From Myxococcota bacterium (lineage in GTDB: Bacteria > Myxococcota_A > UBA9160 > UBA6930), in NCBI GenBank assembly GCA_041605395.1, contig JBFIYM010000001.1, forward strand, positions 1 through 63,532: a DNA stretch of 63,532 bases, written 5' to 3'. Made by a program: the position numbers and the translations under genes. This document shows positions 44,463 through 54,449 of this stretch, piece after piece. Below the pieces are notes generated by a model that did no database searches, was not told where the DNA came from, and saw nothing but the letters and a program-made list of their open reading frames with translations. Every line of letters starts with the position of its first letter. Within the stretch, counting starts at the first letter, position 1.

Positions 44463-46589
44463 ATGCTGAAGCGGCTCGTTGCCGGCTTCTTCCTGGCCCT
44501 CTTTGCCGCGTTGGCCGGGACGGCTCTGTGGGCGCTCTGGCCGGTGCGCCCTGCCTTCGACGCGGCGCCGCTGCTGGCCCGCGCCGCTGCCTACGAGGTG
44601 CGCATCCAGCGCGACGGCTTCGGGGTCCCCCACATCCGGGGGAAGACGGACGCCGACGTGGCGTATGGGCTCGCCTTCGCGCACTCGGAGGACGACTTCG
44701 ACACCATCCAGCGCGTGTTGCTCGCCTCGCGCGGCGAGCTCGCGCGCGTCGAGGGGCGCGACGCCGCGCCCGCGGACTTCCTGTTCCACTGGTTCGGCGT
44801 GGCCGAGGCCGTGGCGGCCGGCTACGAGCGCGAGCTCTCGCCCGAGGCGCGCGCCGTCGCGGAGGCCTACGCCGACGGCGTGAACCACTACGCGGCGCTC
44901 CACCCCGAGGCGGTGCTGCCGGGCGCGATCCCCGCCAGCGGCCGCGACGTCGTGGCGGGCTTCAGCTTCCGCACCCCGTTCTTCTACGGCCTCGAGCGCG
45001 CGCTGCGGCCGCTGTTCGAGGAGGATGCGGACGAGTCTCTCGCCGCCCGGCTCGGGGCGCCGGCCTGGGCGCTCGGCTCGAACGCCATCGCGGTGGCGCC
45101 GCACCGCTCCACCGACGGCGCCACCCGCCTGCTGGTGAACTCGCACCAGCCCTACACCGGGCCGGTCGCCTGGTACGAGGTCCGGCTCGAGAGCGAGGCG
45201 GGGTGGGACGTCGCGGGCGGCGTGTTCCCGGGCTCCCCGGTGATCCTGCACGGCACGAACCGCGAGCTCGGCTGGGCCTCGACCGTCAACACGCCCGATC
45301 TCGTGGACGTCTACCGCCTCGAGATCGATCCGGACGACCCCGACCGCTACCGCCTCGACGGCGGGTGGCACACGCTCGAGAAGGACGAGGTCGCGCTCGA
45401 GGTGAAGCTCTTCGGGCGTCTCACCTGGACGGTGAAGCGCGAGATCCTGCGCTCGCAGCACGGTCCCGTGATCCGCCAATCCCACGGGACGTTTGCACTT
45501 CGCTTCGTGGGGCAGGGCGAGCTCGGCCACCTCGACCAGTACCTCGCCATGAACCGCGCGCGCAGCCTGGCCGAGTGGCGCGAGGCCATGCGCAGGCAGG
45601 CGCTCCCGAGCGTGAACTTCGTCTACGCCGACCGGGCCGGGAACGTGGCCTACTTCTACAACGCCGTGTTCCCGAAGCGCGTGCCGGGGCTCGACTGGCA
45701 GGGGGTGCTGCCGGGCGATCGCTCGGACCTGATCTGGGACGAGTTCCTGCCGTTCGACGCGGTGCCCCAGGTGGTGAATCCGAGCGCGGGCTTCGTGGCC
45801 AACGCGAATCACACCCCGTTCCGCTCGGCCGACCCCGCCGACGCCCCCGACCCGGCGCGCTTCGCGCCGGAGCTCGGCATCGAGACGCGGATGACCAACC
45901 GGGGGATGCGCGCGCTCGAGCTGCTCGGCGGCGACGACTCGATCACCGCCGAAGAATTTCGCGCCTACAAGTACGACAAACGCTACTCGAAGGGGAGCGA
46001 GGCGCGCCGCATCGTCGACGAGGTCCTGGCGATGGACTTCCTCGGCGACCCGACCCTGACCCGGGGCCAGGAGCTGCTGCGCGGCTGGTCGGAGCTGGCC
46101 GAGGCCGACGATCGCACCACGGCCCTCGCGATCCTCTCGGCCACGCCCGTGGTCGTGGCGCAGCTGCGCGGGCAGCCGCCGCCCTCGGTTGGCGGCAGCT
46201 ACCGCGCGGCCGTGCGCACGCTGCTACGCCACCACGGCCGCCTCGACCCACGCTGGGGCGAGGTGAACCGCTTCCGGCGCGGGGAGCTCGACCTCCCCGC
46301 GAGCGGCGGCCCCGACGTGCTGCGCGCGATCGAGGACTTCGAGCTCGACGGCGACGGCACCTACACGGCCCGCTCGGGCGACTGCTTCTTGATGTTCGTG
46401 ACGTGGGACGGCGACGGGCGCCAGACGGTCGAGACCATCCACCAGTTCGGGAGCGCCACGCTCGACCGCGACTCGCCGCACTACGCCGACCAGGTGGAGC
46501 TCTTCCTGGCGGAAGAGACGAAGACGATCCACCTGGACGCCGACGCGCTGGCGCCTCACGTGACGCGAGACTACCGGCCAGGCGAATAG
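44463..46589 (+). CDS. Penicillin acylase / Ntn-hydrolase family S45 (acyl-homoserine-lactone acylase-like), secreted
   Basis: Signal/anchor LVAGFFLALFAALAG. RDGFGVPHI, the nucleophile context GSNAIAVAP, and NSHQP. Length 708 aa fits an alpha-spacer-beta precursor. Confidence 0.88.
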   Translation: MLKRLVAGFFLALFAALAGTALWALWPVRPAFDAAPLLARAAAYEVRIQRDGFGVPHIRGKTDADVAYGLAFAHSEDDFDTIQRVLLASRGELARVEGRDAAPADFLFHWFGVAEAVAAGYERELSPEARAVAEAYADGVNHYAALHPEAVLPGAIPASGRDVVAGFSFRTPFFYGLERALRPLFEEDADESLAARLGAPAWALGSNAIAVAPHRSTDGATRLLVNSHQPYTGPVAWYEVRLESEAGWDVAGGVFPGSPVILHGTNRELGWASTVNTPDLVDVYRLEIDPDDPDRYRLDGGWHTLEKDEVALEVKLFGRLTWTVKREILRSQHGPVIRQSHGTFALRFVGQGELGHLDQYLAMNRARSLAEWREAMRRQALPSVNFVYADRAGNVAYFYNAVFPKRVPGLDWQGVLPGDRSDLIWDEFLPFDAVPQVVNPSAGFVANANHTPFRSADPADAPDPARFAPELGIETRMTNRGMRALELLGGDDSITAEEFRAYKYDKRYSKGSEARRIVDEVLAMDFLGDPTLTRGQELLRGWSELAEADDRTTALAILSATPVVVAQLRGQPPPSVGGSYRAAVRTLLRHHGRLDPRWGEVNRFRRGELDLPASGGPDVLRAIEDFELDGDGTYTARSGDCFLMFVTWDGDGRQTVETIHQFGSATLDRDSPHYADQVELFLAEETKTIHLDADALAPHVTRDYRPGE

Positions 46590-47233
46590 GCCTCGGCCGC
46601 GGCGAGCAGCGCGCGCAGGTCCTCCGGCAGCGGAGCCTCGACGGCGATGCGCCCGCCGCGCAGCGGATGCGGAAAGGTGAGCTTCCACGCATGGAGGGCC
46701 ACCCGCTTGGCGCGCAGCACGTCGTCCTTTCCGCGTGCGTACTTCCGCTCGCCGACGAGGGCCTGGTCGTGGTGGGCGAAGTGGAGGCGGATCTGGTTGT
46801 AGCGGCCCGTGACGAGCTCGATCTCGACGCTCGAGGTGGCGCGGTGGTGCGCCAATACGCGCCATCGGGTGAGGGCTGGCTTTCCGCGCGAATCCACCCG
46901 CGCGCGTGCGCCCTGGTCGAGCACCGGGTCGTCGAACTCGCCTCGCTCGGGCCGGAGTCGACCGCGCACGAGGGCCCAGTAGGTCTTCGTGACGCTGCGC
47001 CCCCGAAACAGGTTCTCGAGCGCCGCGCGTGCGGCCTCGTGTCTCGCGACGACGACGAGCCCGGAGACGTCGCGGTCGAGACGGTGGACCGGGAGGACTT
47101 CGCCATGGCCCTCGGCCGAGAGGACCTCCGGCAGGGTCACGCCCGACGCTCGCGGCGTCGGGACGGAGAGCAGCCCCGCGGGCTTGTCGATGATCAGGAG
47201 GTCCGCATCCTCGTACCGAAGCGGGATCGGCAT
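46571..47233 (-). CDS. RluA family pseudouridine synthase
   Basis: LLIIDKPAGLLS and the catalytic HRLDRDVSGL motif. Its 3' end overlaps the acylase 3' end by 19 nt (convergent). Confidence 0.9.
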   Translation of the reverse strand: MPIPLRYEDADLLIIDKPAGLLSVPTPRASGVTLPEVLSAEGHGEVLPVHRLDRDVSGLVVVARHEAARAALENLFRGRSVTKTYWALVRGRLRPERGEFDDPVLDQGARARVDSRGKPALTRWRVLAHHRATSSVEIELVTGRYNQIRLHFAHHDQALVGERKYARGKDDVLRAKRVALHAWKLTFPHPLRGGRIAVEAPLPEDLRALLAAAEAYSPGR

Positions 47234-47236
47234 GGC

Positions 47237-48130
47237 TCACTCCGCCAGGAACGTCCCGACCTCGGCCAGGAAGCGATCGAGCTGGTCGTGGTGCACCCAG
47301 TGCCCGGCGTTCGGGATCGTGACGGAGCGGGCGTCGTCGAAGACCGCGGCGCGCCCGTCGGCGACCGGGTCGCTGGCCCAGGAGTCGGCGCCGCGCATCA
47401 GCAGCACGGGGCAGGTGACGCGCTTCCAGAGCGTGCGCATGTCGTCCACGTCGAAGCGGTAGGGTGCGAAGTTGCGGGTGTAGTTGTCGAACTTCCAGGA
47501 GTAGGAGCCGTCCTCGTTGCGGTTCACACCGTGGGCGGTGAGATGCAGGGCCTGCGCTTCGGAGAGGAACGAGTTCTCCTCGCGCATGCGCTTCGCGGCC
47601 GCCTCGAGGCTCGGGTAGCGGCGCGGCTGGCGCCCGGAGAGGTCGCGCATCTGGCGCACCCAGTCCCGCATGCGCTCGTGCGGGGGGCGCGCGCGCATGC
47701 GCTCGACCATGGCGGGGGGCGGGCCCAGGCCCTCGATCGAGACCAGCTTGCGGACGCGCTCGGGGTAGACCCCGCTGTACATCACGGTGACCGAGCCACC
47801 GAGCGAGTGCCCGACCAGGGTGACCGTTTCCGCCCCCACGGCGTCGATCAGGTTGGCGAGATCGAGCACGTTGTCGGCGATGGCGTAGGGCCCGCCCTGT
47901 ACCCAGTCGCTGTCGCCGTGGCCGCGCAGGTCGGGCGCGACCACGTGCCAGTCCAGGCGCAGGGCGCGCGCGACCCAGTCCCAGCTGCGCGCGTGGTCGC
48001 GGTTGCCGTGCACCAGCACCAGGGTCGGCGCCGTGGGGTTGCCCCAGTCGACATAGTGGAGCCGCAGGCGCTGGGAGACGAAGTAGTGCGAGGTCGGTCC
48101 GAGGATCTCCACGGCGCGCGACTCTGTCAC
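47237..48130 (-). CDS. Alpha/beta hydrolase fold protein
   Basis: LVLVHGNRDHARSW, nucleophile elbow GHSLGG, and a distal NAGHWVHHD. GTG start at 48130. Confidence 0.85.
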   Translation of the reverse strand: MTESRAVEILGPTSHYFVSQRLRLHYVDWGNPTAPTLVLVHGNRDHARSWDWVARALRLDWHVVAPDLRGHGDSDWVQGGPYAIADNVLDLANLIDAVGAETVTLVGHSLGGSVTVMYSGVYPERVRKLVSIEGLGPPPAMVERMRARPPHERMRDWVRQMRDLSGRQPRRYPSLEAAAKRMREENSFLSEAQALHLTAHGVNRNEDGSYSWKFDNYTRNFAPYRFDVDDMRTLWKRVTCPVLLMRGADSWASDPVADGRAAVFDDARSVTIPNAGHWVHHDQLDRFLAEVGTFLAE

Positions 48131-48165
48131 AGGCCTCGCCGGCGCACCACCGCACCCATCGGGCG

Positions 48166-49128
48166 CTAGGGCTGCGCCACCAGCTCGCGAAGCTGCTGCT
48201 CGGCTTCGGCCTCGATCAGGGCCCACTGCTCTTCGCCGATCCGCAGCGCTTCGCGAGCGCGCTCCAGGGCAACGGGGCCGCTGCGATCGGTGTGCGGATG
48301 GGTCTTGAGACTCGCCGCGTCCTTGCCGAGGAGCGGGGGCACCAGCCCGTATCCGTTCGCCGCCGCCAGCTCGTCCGCCAGGCACACCGCCGCCGCGAGC
48401 GGATGCAGATGCCCGCCGATCTCGACCCGGTGGTGCGCTTCGAGCAGGTACGGCAGCTCGGGCGGGAGCTGCCAGAGCTTCGCCATCAGCGCGCCGGCTT
48501 CGGCGTGGGCGCTGTCGATCGCCGGCCAGAGCACGGCGAGGTCGGGCGGCCTCTTGCCGCGGGGCACGTCGCCGAGCGACAGCAGGATTCCTGCGATGCC
48601 GACGTCGTGGAGGAGGCCGCACGTGAAGGCGAGCTCCGACGCCACGCTCGAGTAGCGGCACACGAGGCGGCACAGGTGCGCCGTCGCGCGACTGTGCAGG
48701 CGCAGGCGCTCCATGGCCCCGCCGTAGCTCTCGCAGCGGAAGACGCGAAGGTTCATGGCGACCTCGAGCACGATGTCGCGCAGCGTACGCAGGCCCAGGC
48801 GCATGACCGCGTTCCGGAGCGTCTCGATGCCCCCGCCCGCGGCGAACGCCGCCGAGCTCGCCACGCGAAGCACGCGGGCGGCGAGCATCGCGTCGCGCTC
48901 GAGGACCTCGACCAGGCGCTTCACGTCGAGGTCCGGGTCCTGCGAGAGCTGGAGCACCTGTTGGGCCGCTTGCGGGAGCTCCGGCGGCTGATAGCCGGGG
49001 GCGCGGAACACGTCGAGCAGGCGCTCCTTCAGCGCGGCCTCGTCGATCAGCACGTCGTCGTCGTCGGCGATCGACGCCGAGCCGACTCCGTATCCCTCTT
49101 CGTGCTTCGCCTTGCCGCGGCCCGCCAC
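48166..49128 (-). CDS. HDOD domain-containing signalling protein
   Basis: [38 protein letters not shown] and GLLHDVG are HDOD signatures. Confidence 0.8.
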   Translation of the reverse strand: MAGRGKAKHEEGYGVGSASIADDDDVLIDEAALKERLLDVFRAPGYQPPELPQAAQQVLQLSQDPDLDVKRLVEVLERDAMLAARVLRVASSAAFAAGGGIETLRNAVMRLGLRTLRDIVLEVAMNLRVFRCESYGGAMERLRLHSRATAHLCRLVCRYSSVASELAFTCGLLHDVGIAGILLSLGDVPRGKRPPDLAVLWPAIDSAHAEAGALMAKLWQLPPELPYLLEAHHRVEIGGHLHPLAAAVCLADELAAANGYGLVPPLLGKDAASLKTHPHTDRSGPVALERAREALRIGEEQWALIEAEAEQQLRELVAQP

Positions 49129-49251
49129 GCTGTCCTCCCATGTCCTCTTCGGCCGTCAGCGGCTGCAACGCGTCCGGTCTTGCCACGAGGCCGAATGGGG
49201 AAACCCCGGGGTCGGCCTCCTTCGTTTGCCCCGCGAGCGTGCGGAGCGAGG

Positions 49252-49276
49252 GGCTCGGTGCGGGAGGAGCCGAGCC
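49252..49276 (-). terminator. Hairpin abutting the HAD gene stop (weak terminator candidate)
   Basis: ggctcgg (49252-49258) pairs with ccgagcc (49270-49276) around an 11-nt loop. No U-tract. Confidence 0.25.
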
Positions 49277-49917
49277 TACAGCAGACCTCGGAACGCCAGG
49301 GCTGCGCGGAGCGGGCCCACACCCTCGAACAGCAGGCTCTCGATTCCGGAGGCGCGGCCCGCTTCGACGTTCGCGGGTCGATCGTCCACGAACAGCACCT
49401 CCTCCGCGGCGAGCGCGTTCGCGTCGAGGAGGTGGCGGTAGATGCGCGGGTCCGGCTTGGCCAGGCCCACGGCGCCCGAGATCACGAGCCCCTCGAACCG
49501 CTCCAGGAACGGGAACTCCAAGCGCGTCTGCTCGAAGGTGTCGGCGTTCCAGTTCGAGAGTGCGAACAATCGGATGCCGCGGGCCTGGAGCTCGTCGAGC
49601 AGCGCGATCGAGGCGGGCATCGGCAGCATCATCTCGCGGAAGCGCTCGCCGTAGGCGCGGATCAGCGCCTCGTGCTCGGGGAAGCGCGCGATCCGCTCGG
49701 CGATGCCCTCGGCCAGGGGCAGCCCGGCGTCGAGCCGGTGGTTCCATTCGGACGTGCAGACCGTGGCGAGGAAGTGGTCGACCGCCTCCTCGCTCGGGAG
49801 CAGCTTGCGGTAGAGCAGGCGCGGGTCCCAATAGATCATCACGTTGCCGAGGTCGAACGCCACGGCGCGGAGCGCGCGCTCGTCCTCGATCCCGGGGTCG
49901 TTCGGGCGAAGGTCCAC
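49276..49917 (-). CDS. HAD family hydrolase
   Basis: VAFDLGNVM (DxG variant of DxDxT), LSNW, K.D...Y and VDD.. motifs. Confidence 0.8.
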   Translation of the reverse strand: MDLRPNDPGIEDERALRAVAFDLGNVMIYWDPRLLYRKLLPSEEAVDHFLATVCTSEWNHRLDAGLPLAEGIAERIARFPEHEALIRAYGERFREMMLPMPASIALLDELQARGIRLFALSNWNADTFEQTRLEFPFLERFEGLVISGAVGLAKPDPRIYRHLLDANALAAEEVLFVDDRPANVEAGRASGIESLLFEGVGPLRAALAFRGLL

Positions 49918-49926
49918 GGCCGCAGG

Positions 49927-50268
49927 CTACGAGAAGCGCTCCCACGCCGCCTGCCGGGAGATGCCGAGCGCCTCGCCGATGCGCGACCACGCCACCCCCC
50001 GTTCGCGCAGGACCTCGACGTGCTCCTGGAGCACCTCGCGCGTGGCGTCCACGGCGGCGGAGGAGGGCTCGAGGAGCGAGAGCAGCGTCTCGTCGGGGTA
50101 GCTGCGCCACTGCCCCGGCAGCGCCGGGGCGGGCTTCCCGGCCAGGATGCGGTTGCAGATGCCGACGCAGGCGTCGCAGATCGTGACGCCCGGCCCGCCG
50201 ATCAGCTTCGCGGCGGTGTCCTGGTCCTTCCGGCAGAAGGAGCAGTAGAGCAGACGGCGCTTGGCCAT
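49927..50268 (-). CDS. ClpX-type C4 zinc-finger domain protein fused to a C-terminal HTH-like segment
   Basis: [37 protein letters not shown] is collinear with the ClpX N-terminal zinc-binding domain. The C-terminus [24 protein letters not shown] looks like a sigma-r4/Hin-type HTH. GGGAGG Shine-Dalgarno 6 nt before the ATG. Confidence 0.75.
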   Translation of the reverse strand: MAKRRLLYCSFCRKDQDTAAKLIGGPGVTICDACVGICNRILAGKPAPALPGQWRSYPDETLLSLLEPSSAAVDATREVLQEHVEVLRERGVAWSRIGEALGISRQAAWERFS

Positions 50269-50289
50269 GACGAACCTCCCGGGTGGTTC

Positions 50290-50322
50290 GTCAAGGCTAC
50301 CTTGACATTCGGACCTGTCAAG
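50290..50322 (-). promoter_or_regulatory. Strong sigma-70-like promoter with three copies of a TGTCAAG/CTTGACA heptamer (candidate operator)
   Basis: Minus-strand reading: TTGACA (50321-50316), a 16-nt spacer, then TAGCCT (50299-50294). On the plus strand: GTCAAG 50290-50295, CTTGACA 50301-50307 and TGTCAAG 50316-50322. The central copy is inverted relative to both flanking copies. Confidence 0.5.
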
Positions 50323-50368
50323 AAATCCCTGACACCCGGGGCGCTCGCTCGCCCGGCGCGGCCCGGGC

Positions 50369-52333
50369 CTAGGGCGACGGGCTCGCGTAGGTGAAGGTCA
50401 GGGCGTTGGTCGACATCACGCCGTCGCGCCAGATCGTGATCGGCACCTGGTTGCCGACGACCTTCTTGTTCTTCTTCGGGACCTTGACCACCAGACTCGT
50501 GTCGGTGACGTCCCGGGCCTTCCGCTTCTTGGGCCCGAAGAAGACCTTCACCTTGCGTCCGCTGAAGTTCTGCCCGGTGAGGGTCAGCACGTCGCCCTTG
50601 TCGCCGGCCGCGGCGGAGAGAGCCTCGAGCAGCGGGGCGTCGGGAACGACCTCGACTCGCAGGCTCGTGGCATCGCTCCGGCCGGTGCAGTCGGTGGCGG
50701 TCAAGCCGATCGAGTGCATGCCCAGCTGGGACGCGTCCGGCGTCCAGGCGAGGAGGCCGCCCGGGGAGAGCGTCGCCCCGACCGGCAGCGGCGACGCGCC
50801 GAAGCTCACGCTGTCGCCGTCCGCGTCCTCTGCCGCGAGCGGGATCGCGAGGGACTGACCGGCCGGCAGGATGCGGTCGTCGACGCGTTCGAACCTCGGG
50901 GCGGCGCCGCTCGGCGCGTCGAGGACGCTCACGACGACCGCCTCACTGGCGCGATTGCCCTGCGGGTCGGTGGCGCTGAAGGTGATCGTGGTGTCGCTGA
51001 AGCCGCCGCAGCCGACGCTATCGAGCGGGGGTCGCCAGCGGAAGCTGCCCGATGCCGAGAGCGACGCACCCGGCGGGAGCGGCGTCGCGGCGTAGACGAG
51101 CGCATCCCCCTGCGGATCCTGCGCCACGAGGTCGATCCCCAGGGTCTCGTCCTCGCGCACGCTCTGGGGCCCGATCGGATCCAGCGTCGGGGGCGCCTCC
51201 CCGACGGGCTCGGTCAGGCACGACACGGAGTCGACGTAGGCCCCGATCTCGCTCTGGCTCGCCGCGCTGAACCAGGTGACGTTCCCGTTGATGCTCGGCG
51301 CCATGATGCCGTCGGCGCTGTGGCCGCCGCCCAGGTTGTGGCCCATCTCGTGGGCGGCGATCAGGCGCGTCAGCGCGTCGTTCTGGAGGTAATACTGGTT
51401 CACGCCGAAGCGGAAGCTGCTGCACGCGGACGAGACGTAGGCCAGCCCGACCGTGCTGCCTGCGAAGTCCCGACCCGAGAACAGCTGCGCGTCGTCGGTG
51501 GGGGTCGCGACGCCCGCCAGGAAGCCGCTACGGAACTGGGTCAGCAGCGTCCCGGAGTCGTTTCCGCTGTAGGGGTCGGAGCCACTCCAGGCGCGTTGCA
51601 CCACCACCCGGTTGGTCAGGCCCAGGTCCGTCTCGTAGATGCCGTTGATGGCGTGCACGATCGAGAGGATGCGCGCATTGGCCGCATCGACCCCGCCGAG
51701 CTGGGCGACGAAGGGCGCGTCCGCCTCGGTCCCGAGCTCGATCTCGAGGAGCCCGGCGGCGGCGGCGGCCGTCGGCTCGGGTTCGGCTTCGAGCGCGGGG
51801 GCGACCGATTCGACGGCCGTGGCACAGGCGGAGAGGGCCGCCCCGATCTCCTCGGGCGGGATCTCGCGCAACCCGAGGACCGGGTCGCCGCCGTCGGCCG
51901 ACAGGTCGTAGAGCACCCCATCGACCCGCGCCAGACCCGACAGGTGACCGCTCGGCTCCCGGCTGAGACGCAGGAAGTCGCCGCCCGGTTCGGCGGGCGC
52001 CGGGCCCGCGGCGAGCGGACGCCCGGCGAAGCTGCGCACGCGCGGGAGCGCGTGGCCGCGTCGCTCGCCTCCCGGCCCGGTCACCTCGGCGGTGGTCGCC
52101 GCCGTGTGGACCGGCGCCGGGCGCAGCGCCCACTCGACGTTCCCCCGTCGGCTGGGGAGCGTCAGACGGAGGCTGCCGCCCTCGGCGAGGCCGGCGCGGA
52201 CGTAGTCGGAGAGCGGGGTCCAGCCCCGAAAGTCGGCTCCCCCGCTTCGCTCGGCGCGCGCAGCGAGGCCGCTCGGCAACGCGGCGAGCGTCGCAGAGAG
52301 CAGGGCGAAGAGGAGGGCGCGGGGGGCTTGCAT
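50369..52333 (-). CDS. Secreted reprolysin-like (M12B/metzincin) zinc metalloprotease with two dystroglycan/cadherin-like (He_PIG) Ig repeats and a C-terminal IPT/TIG domain
   Basis: Signal [38 protein letters not shown] plus an IMAPS Met-turn. Repeats of the type [19 protein letters not shown]-like ending LTLTGQNF...ALTFTY. Confidence 0.8.
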   Translation of the reverse strand: MQAPRALLFALLSATLAALPSGLAARAERSGGADFRGWTPLSDYVRAGLAEGGSLRLTLPSRRGNVEWALRPAPVHTAATTAEVTGPGGERRGHALPRVRSFAGRPLAAGPAPAEPGGDFLRLSREPSGHLSGLARVDGVLYDLSADGGDPVLGLREIPPEEIGAALSACATAVESVAPALEAEPEPTAAAAAGLLEIELGTEADAPFVAQLGGVDAANARILSIVHAINGIYETDLGLTNRVVVQRAWSGSDPYSGNDSGTLLTQFRSGFLAGVATPTDDAQLFSGRDFAGSTVGLAYVSSACSSFRFGVNQYYLQNDALTRLIAAHEMGHNLGGGHSADGIMAPSINGNVTWFSAASQSEIGAYVDSVSCLTEPVGEAPPTLDPIGPQSVREDETLGIDLVAQDPQGDALVYAATPLPPGASLSASGSFRWRPPLDSVGCGGFSDTTITFSATDPQGNRASEAVVVSVLDAPSGAAPRFERVDDRILPAGQSLAIPLAAEDADGDSVSFGASPLPVGATLSPGGLLAWTPDASQLGMHSIGLTATDCTGRSDATSLRVEVVPDAPLLEALSAAAGDKGDVLTLTGQNFSGRKVKVFFGPKKRKARDVTDTSLVVKVPKKNKKVVGNQVPITIWRDGVMSTNALTFTYASPSP

Positions 52334-52439
52334 GCGGGACCCGGGGTCCCGTGCATCGACCGCCAAGCGGACCGGGAGTGTGATGCCGGGTCACGCTTGC
52401 GTCTTCCCTGCCGCTGGACCGCAGGTGCGTGAGCCCCGA

Positions 52440-54449
52440 TCAGCGCGTGGGCTTCCCCTTGCCGCCGCCGTTGCCGCCACCCTTGCCGCCGCCACCACCG
52501 CCGCCGGTGCTGCCGTCGTAGGTGAAGGTCAGCGCGTTGTCGGAGGCGAGGCCGTCGCGCGTCACGCTCACACCGACCGTGGTCACCCTCTTGCCCTGCT
52601 TGGGCGCCGTCACCACGAGGCTCGTGTCGCTGCCGCTCAGGATCGTGGCCGCCTTGCTCCCGAAGTAGACGCTCACGCTGCTCCCCGCGAAGTGCTCGCC
52701 CGTGATGGTGACCTCCCCGTTGGCGGGGCCGGTGTCCGGCGACAGGCTCGTGAGGTGCGGCGGCAGCACCGGGATCACGGTGATCGTGACGCTCTGGCTC
52801 GCCGAGGCGTTGGTGCAGTCGGTGGCGTGGAAGACGACGACGTTGTCGCCGGCGTCCCCATTGTCGGGCGTCCAGCTGAAGAGGCCCGAGCCCGAGAGGC
52901 TCGCACCCGCCGGGAGGCCCGAGGCCGTGTAGGTGAGGGAGTCGCCGTCCGGGTCGCTCGCCGAGAGCTGGATCGAGACCAGCTGGCCGGCGCTGACCGT
53001 GCGGTCGGCCGGGTCCGCGAGCGACGGGGCCGCGCCGGTCGGCACGTCGAAGACACTGATCGGCACCACCTCGCTCGCCTGGTTGCCGCCCGTGTCGGTC
53101 ACCAGGAACTGGATGCTCAGCTCCGCGGTGCCACTGCAACCCACCGTGTCGAGGGGCGGCGTGTACGAGAAGAGCCCGGCCGGCGTGATGGAGGCGCCCA
53201 CGGGCAGGGGCGTCGCATCGAAGGTCAGCGGGTCGCCATCCGGATCGCTCGCGGTGAGCTGCAGGCTGAGCGTGTCGTTCTCCGAGACACTCTGCGGCCC
53301 CACCGGGTCGAGCACCGGCGGGCCGCCCACCGCGACGTCCGCCAGACAGCCGACGGAGGCCACGAAGGCGCCGATCTCCGCCTTGCTGGTGTCGCTGAAC
53401 CAGGTGACACTCGAGCTGATCGAGGGCGACATGATGCCGCCGTCCGTCGTGTGGTTGCCGCCGAGGTTGTGCCCTTCCTCGTGCGCGACGACCAGCCGCG
53501 TCAGGCTCTCGCTCTGCTGGTAGTACTGGTTCACGCCGTAGCGGTAGCTCCCGCAGGCGGACGAGAGCCAGGCGCGGCCGATCACGTTCGACTCGAAGTC
53601 CCGCCCCGAGAAGAGCTGGGCGTCGTCGTAGGTCGTGCCCACGCCCGCCGAGTAGCTCGAGCGGAACTCCGAGAGCAGGGTGCCCGAGTCGCTGCTGGTG
53701 TAGGGGTCGCTGCCGTTCCAGGCGCGCTGCACCACGACCTTGTTGGTGAGGCCCAGGTCGGTCTCGTAGATGCCGTTCACGGCGTTGATCATCGAGAGGA
53801 TCTTGGCGTTGGCGCCGTCCACACCGCCGGTCTGCGCCACGAAGGGGGCGTCGGCCTCGGTTCCGAGCTCGATCTCCTTGAGCGGGCCGGCCGCGGCCGT
53901 CTCGGGCGCGCCGCCCGCCTCGCCTTCGCCGGCGAGGGCGGCGAGCGCCTCGTCGGCTTCGACGCCGCAGCCCTGGAGGACCTCGCCGAGCTGCTCCGGG
54001 GTGATCTCGCGAACCACGAGCAGCAGGTCGCCCTGCGCGAGCTCGGCCGAGAGGTCGTAGAGCAGGCCTTCGACGCGCAGCAGGCCCGACACGCTGCCGT
54101 GTCGCCCGCGGTAGGCGAGCTTCGCGAAGTCGCGCGCGTGCTCGGGCGCGATCTCGCCGGTCCAGGTCGTGACCGGCGGGCGGCCGCGGCCTTCGCGCAG
54201 GCCACGCGGGTCGACGCTCTCCGCGTGGTAGCTCGCGGCAAGCGTCTCACGGGGCTGGAAGGAGACCTCGACGCTCCCCGCCCGGGTCGGGATCGTGAGC
54301 AGGAACGCGCTGCCTTCACGCAGCGCCGTGCGCTCGTAGTCGCCGAGCGGAGCCCAGCCTTCGAAACCGTTCGCACTGGCGGGTGCCACGAACAGGGCGC
54401 TCAGCGCGATGGCGGCGAGCAGACGGAGAACGAGAGCCGAAATGACCAT
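52440..54449 (-). CDS. Paralogous secreted reprolysin-like zinc metalloprotease (same architecture) with Gly/Lys-rich C-terminal tail
   Basis: GGAGG Shine-Dalgarno and ATG 54449. Signal MVISALVLRLLAAIALSALFVAPASA. HEEGHNLGGNH plus IMSPS. Collinear with the 50369-52333 product. Ends GSTGGGGGGGKGGGNGGGKGKPTR. Confidence 0.8.
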   Translation of the reverse strand: MVISALVLRLLAAIALSALFVAPASANGFEGWAPLGDYERTALREGSAFLLTIPTRAGSVEVSFQPRETLAASYHAESVDPRGLREGRGRPPVTTWTGEIAPEHARDFAKLAYRGRHGSVSGLLRVEGLLYDLSAELAQGDLLLVVREITPEQLGEVLQGCGVEADEALAALAGEGEAGGAPETAAAGPLKEIELGTEADAPFVAQTGGVDGANAKILSMINAVNGIYETDLGLTNKVVVQRAWNGSDPYTSSDSGTLLSEFRSSYSAGVGTTYDDAQLFSGRDFESNVIGRAWLSSACGSYRYGVNQYYQQSESLTRLVVAHEEGHNLGGNHTTDGGIMSPSISSSVTWFSDTSKAEIGAFVASVGCLADVAVGGPPVLDPVGPQSVSENDTLSLQLTASDPDGDPLTFDATPLPVGASITPAGLFSYTPPLDTVGCSGTAELSIQFLVTDTGGNQASEVVPISVFDVPTGAAPSLADPADRTVSAGQLVSIQLSASDPDGDSLTYTASGLPAGASLSGSGLFSWTPDNGDAGDNVVVFHATDCTNASASQSVTITVIPVLPPHLTSLSPDTGPANGEVTITGEHFAGSSVSVYFGSKAATILSGSDTSLVVTAPKQGKRVTTVGVSVTRDGLASDNALTFTYDGSTGGGGGGGKGGGNGGGKGKPTR

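Noticed and set aside
44528-48169. 1213-aa ORF on the plus strand, and similar giants (1231-3279, 4321-6417, 15159-17051, 24496-26745, 25104-27563, 57281-60175)
   Set aside because: Their translations are dominated by Arg/Ala/Pro/Gly runs with no recognisable motifs. They overlap well-supported genes in other frames or strands. This is the usual artefact of stop-codon-poor, very GC-rich DNA.
52336-52350. gggaccc-g-gggtccc palindrome at the 5' end of the first metalloprotease gene
   Set aside because: A one-nucleotide loop makes hairpin formation implausible. It could be a protein-binding palindrome, but there is no second copy upstream of the paralog.
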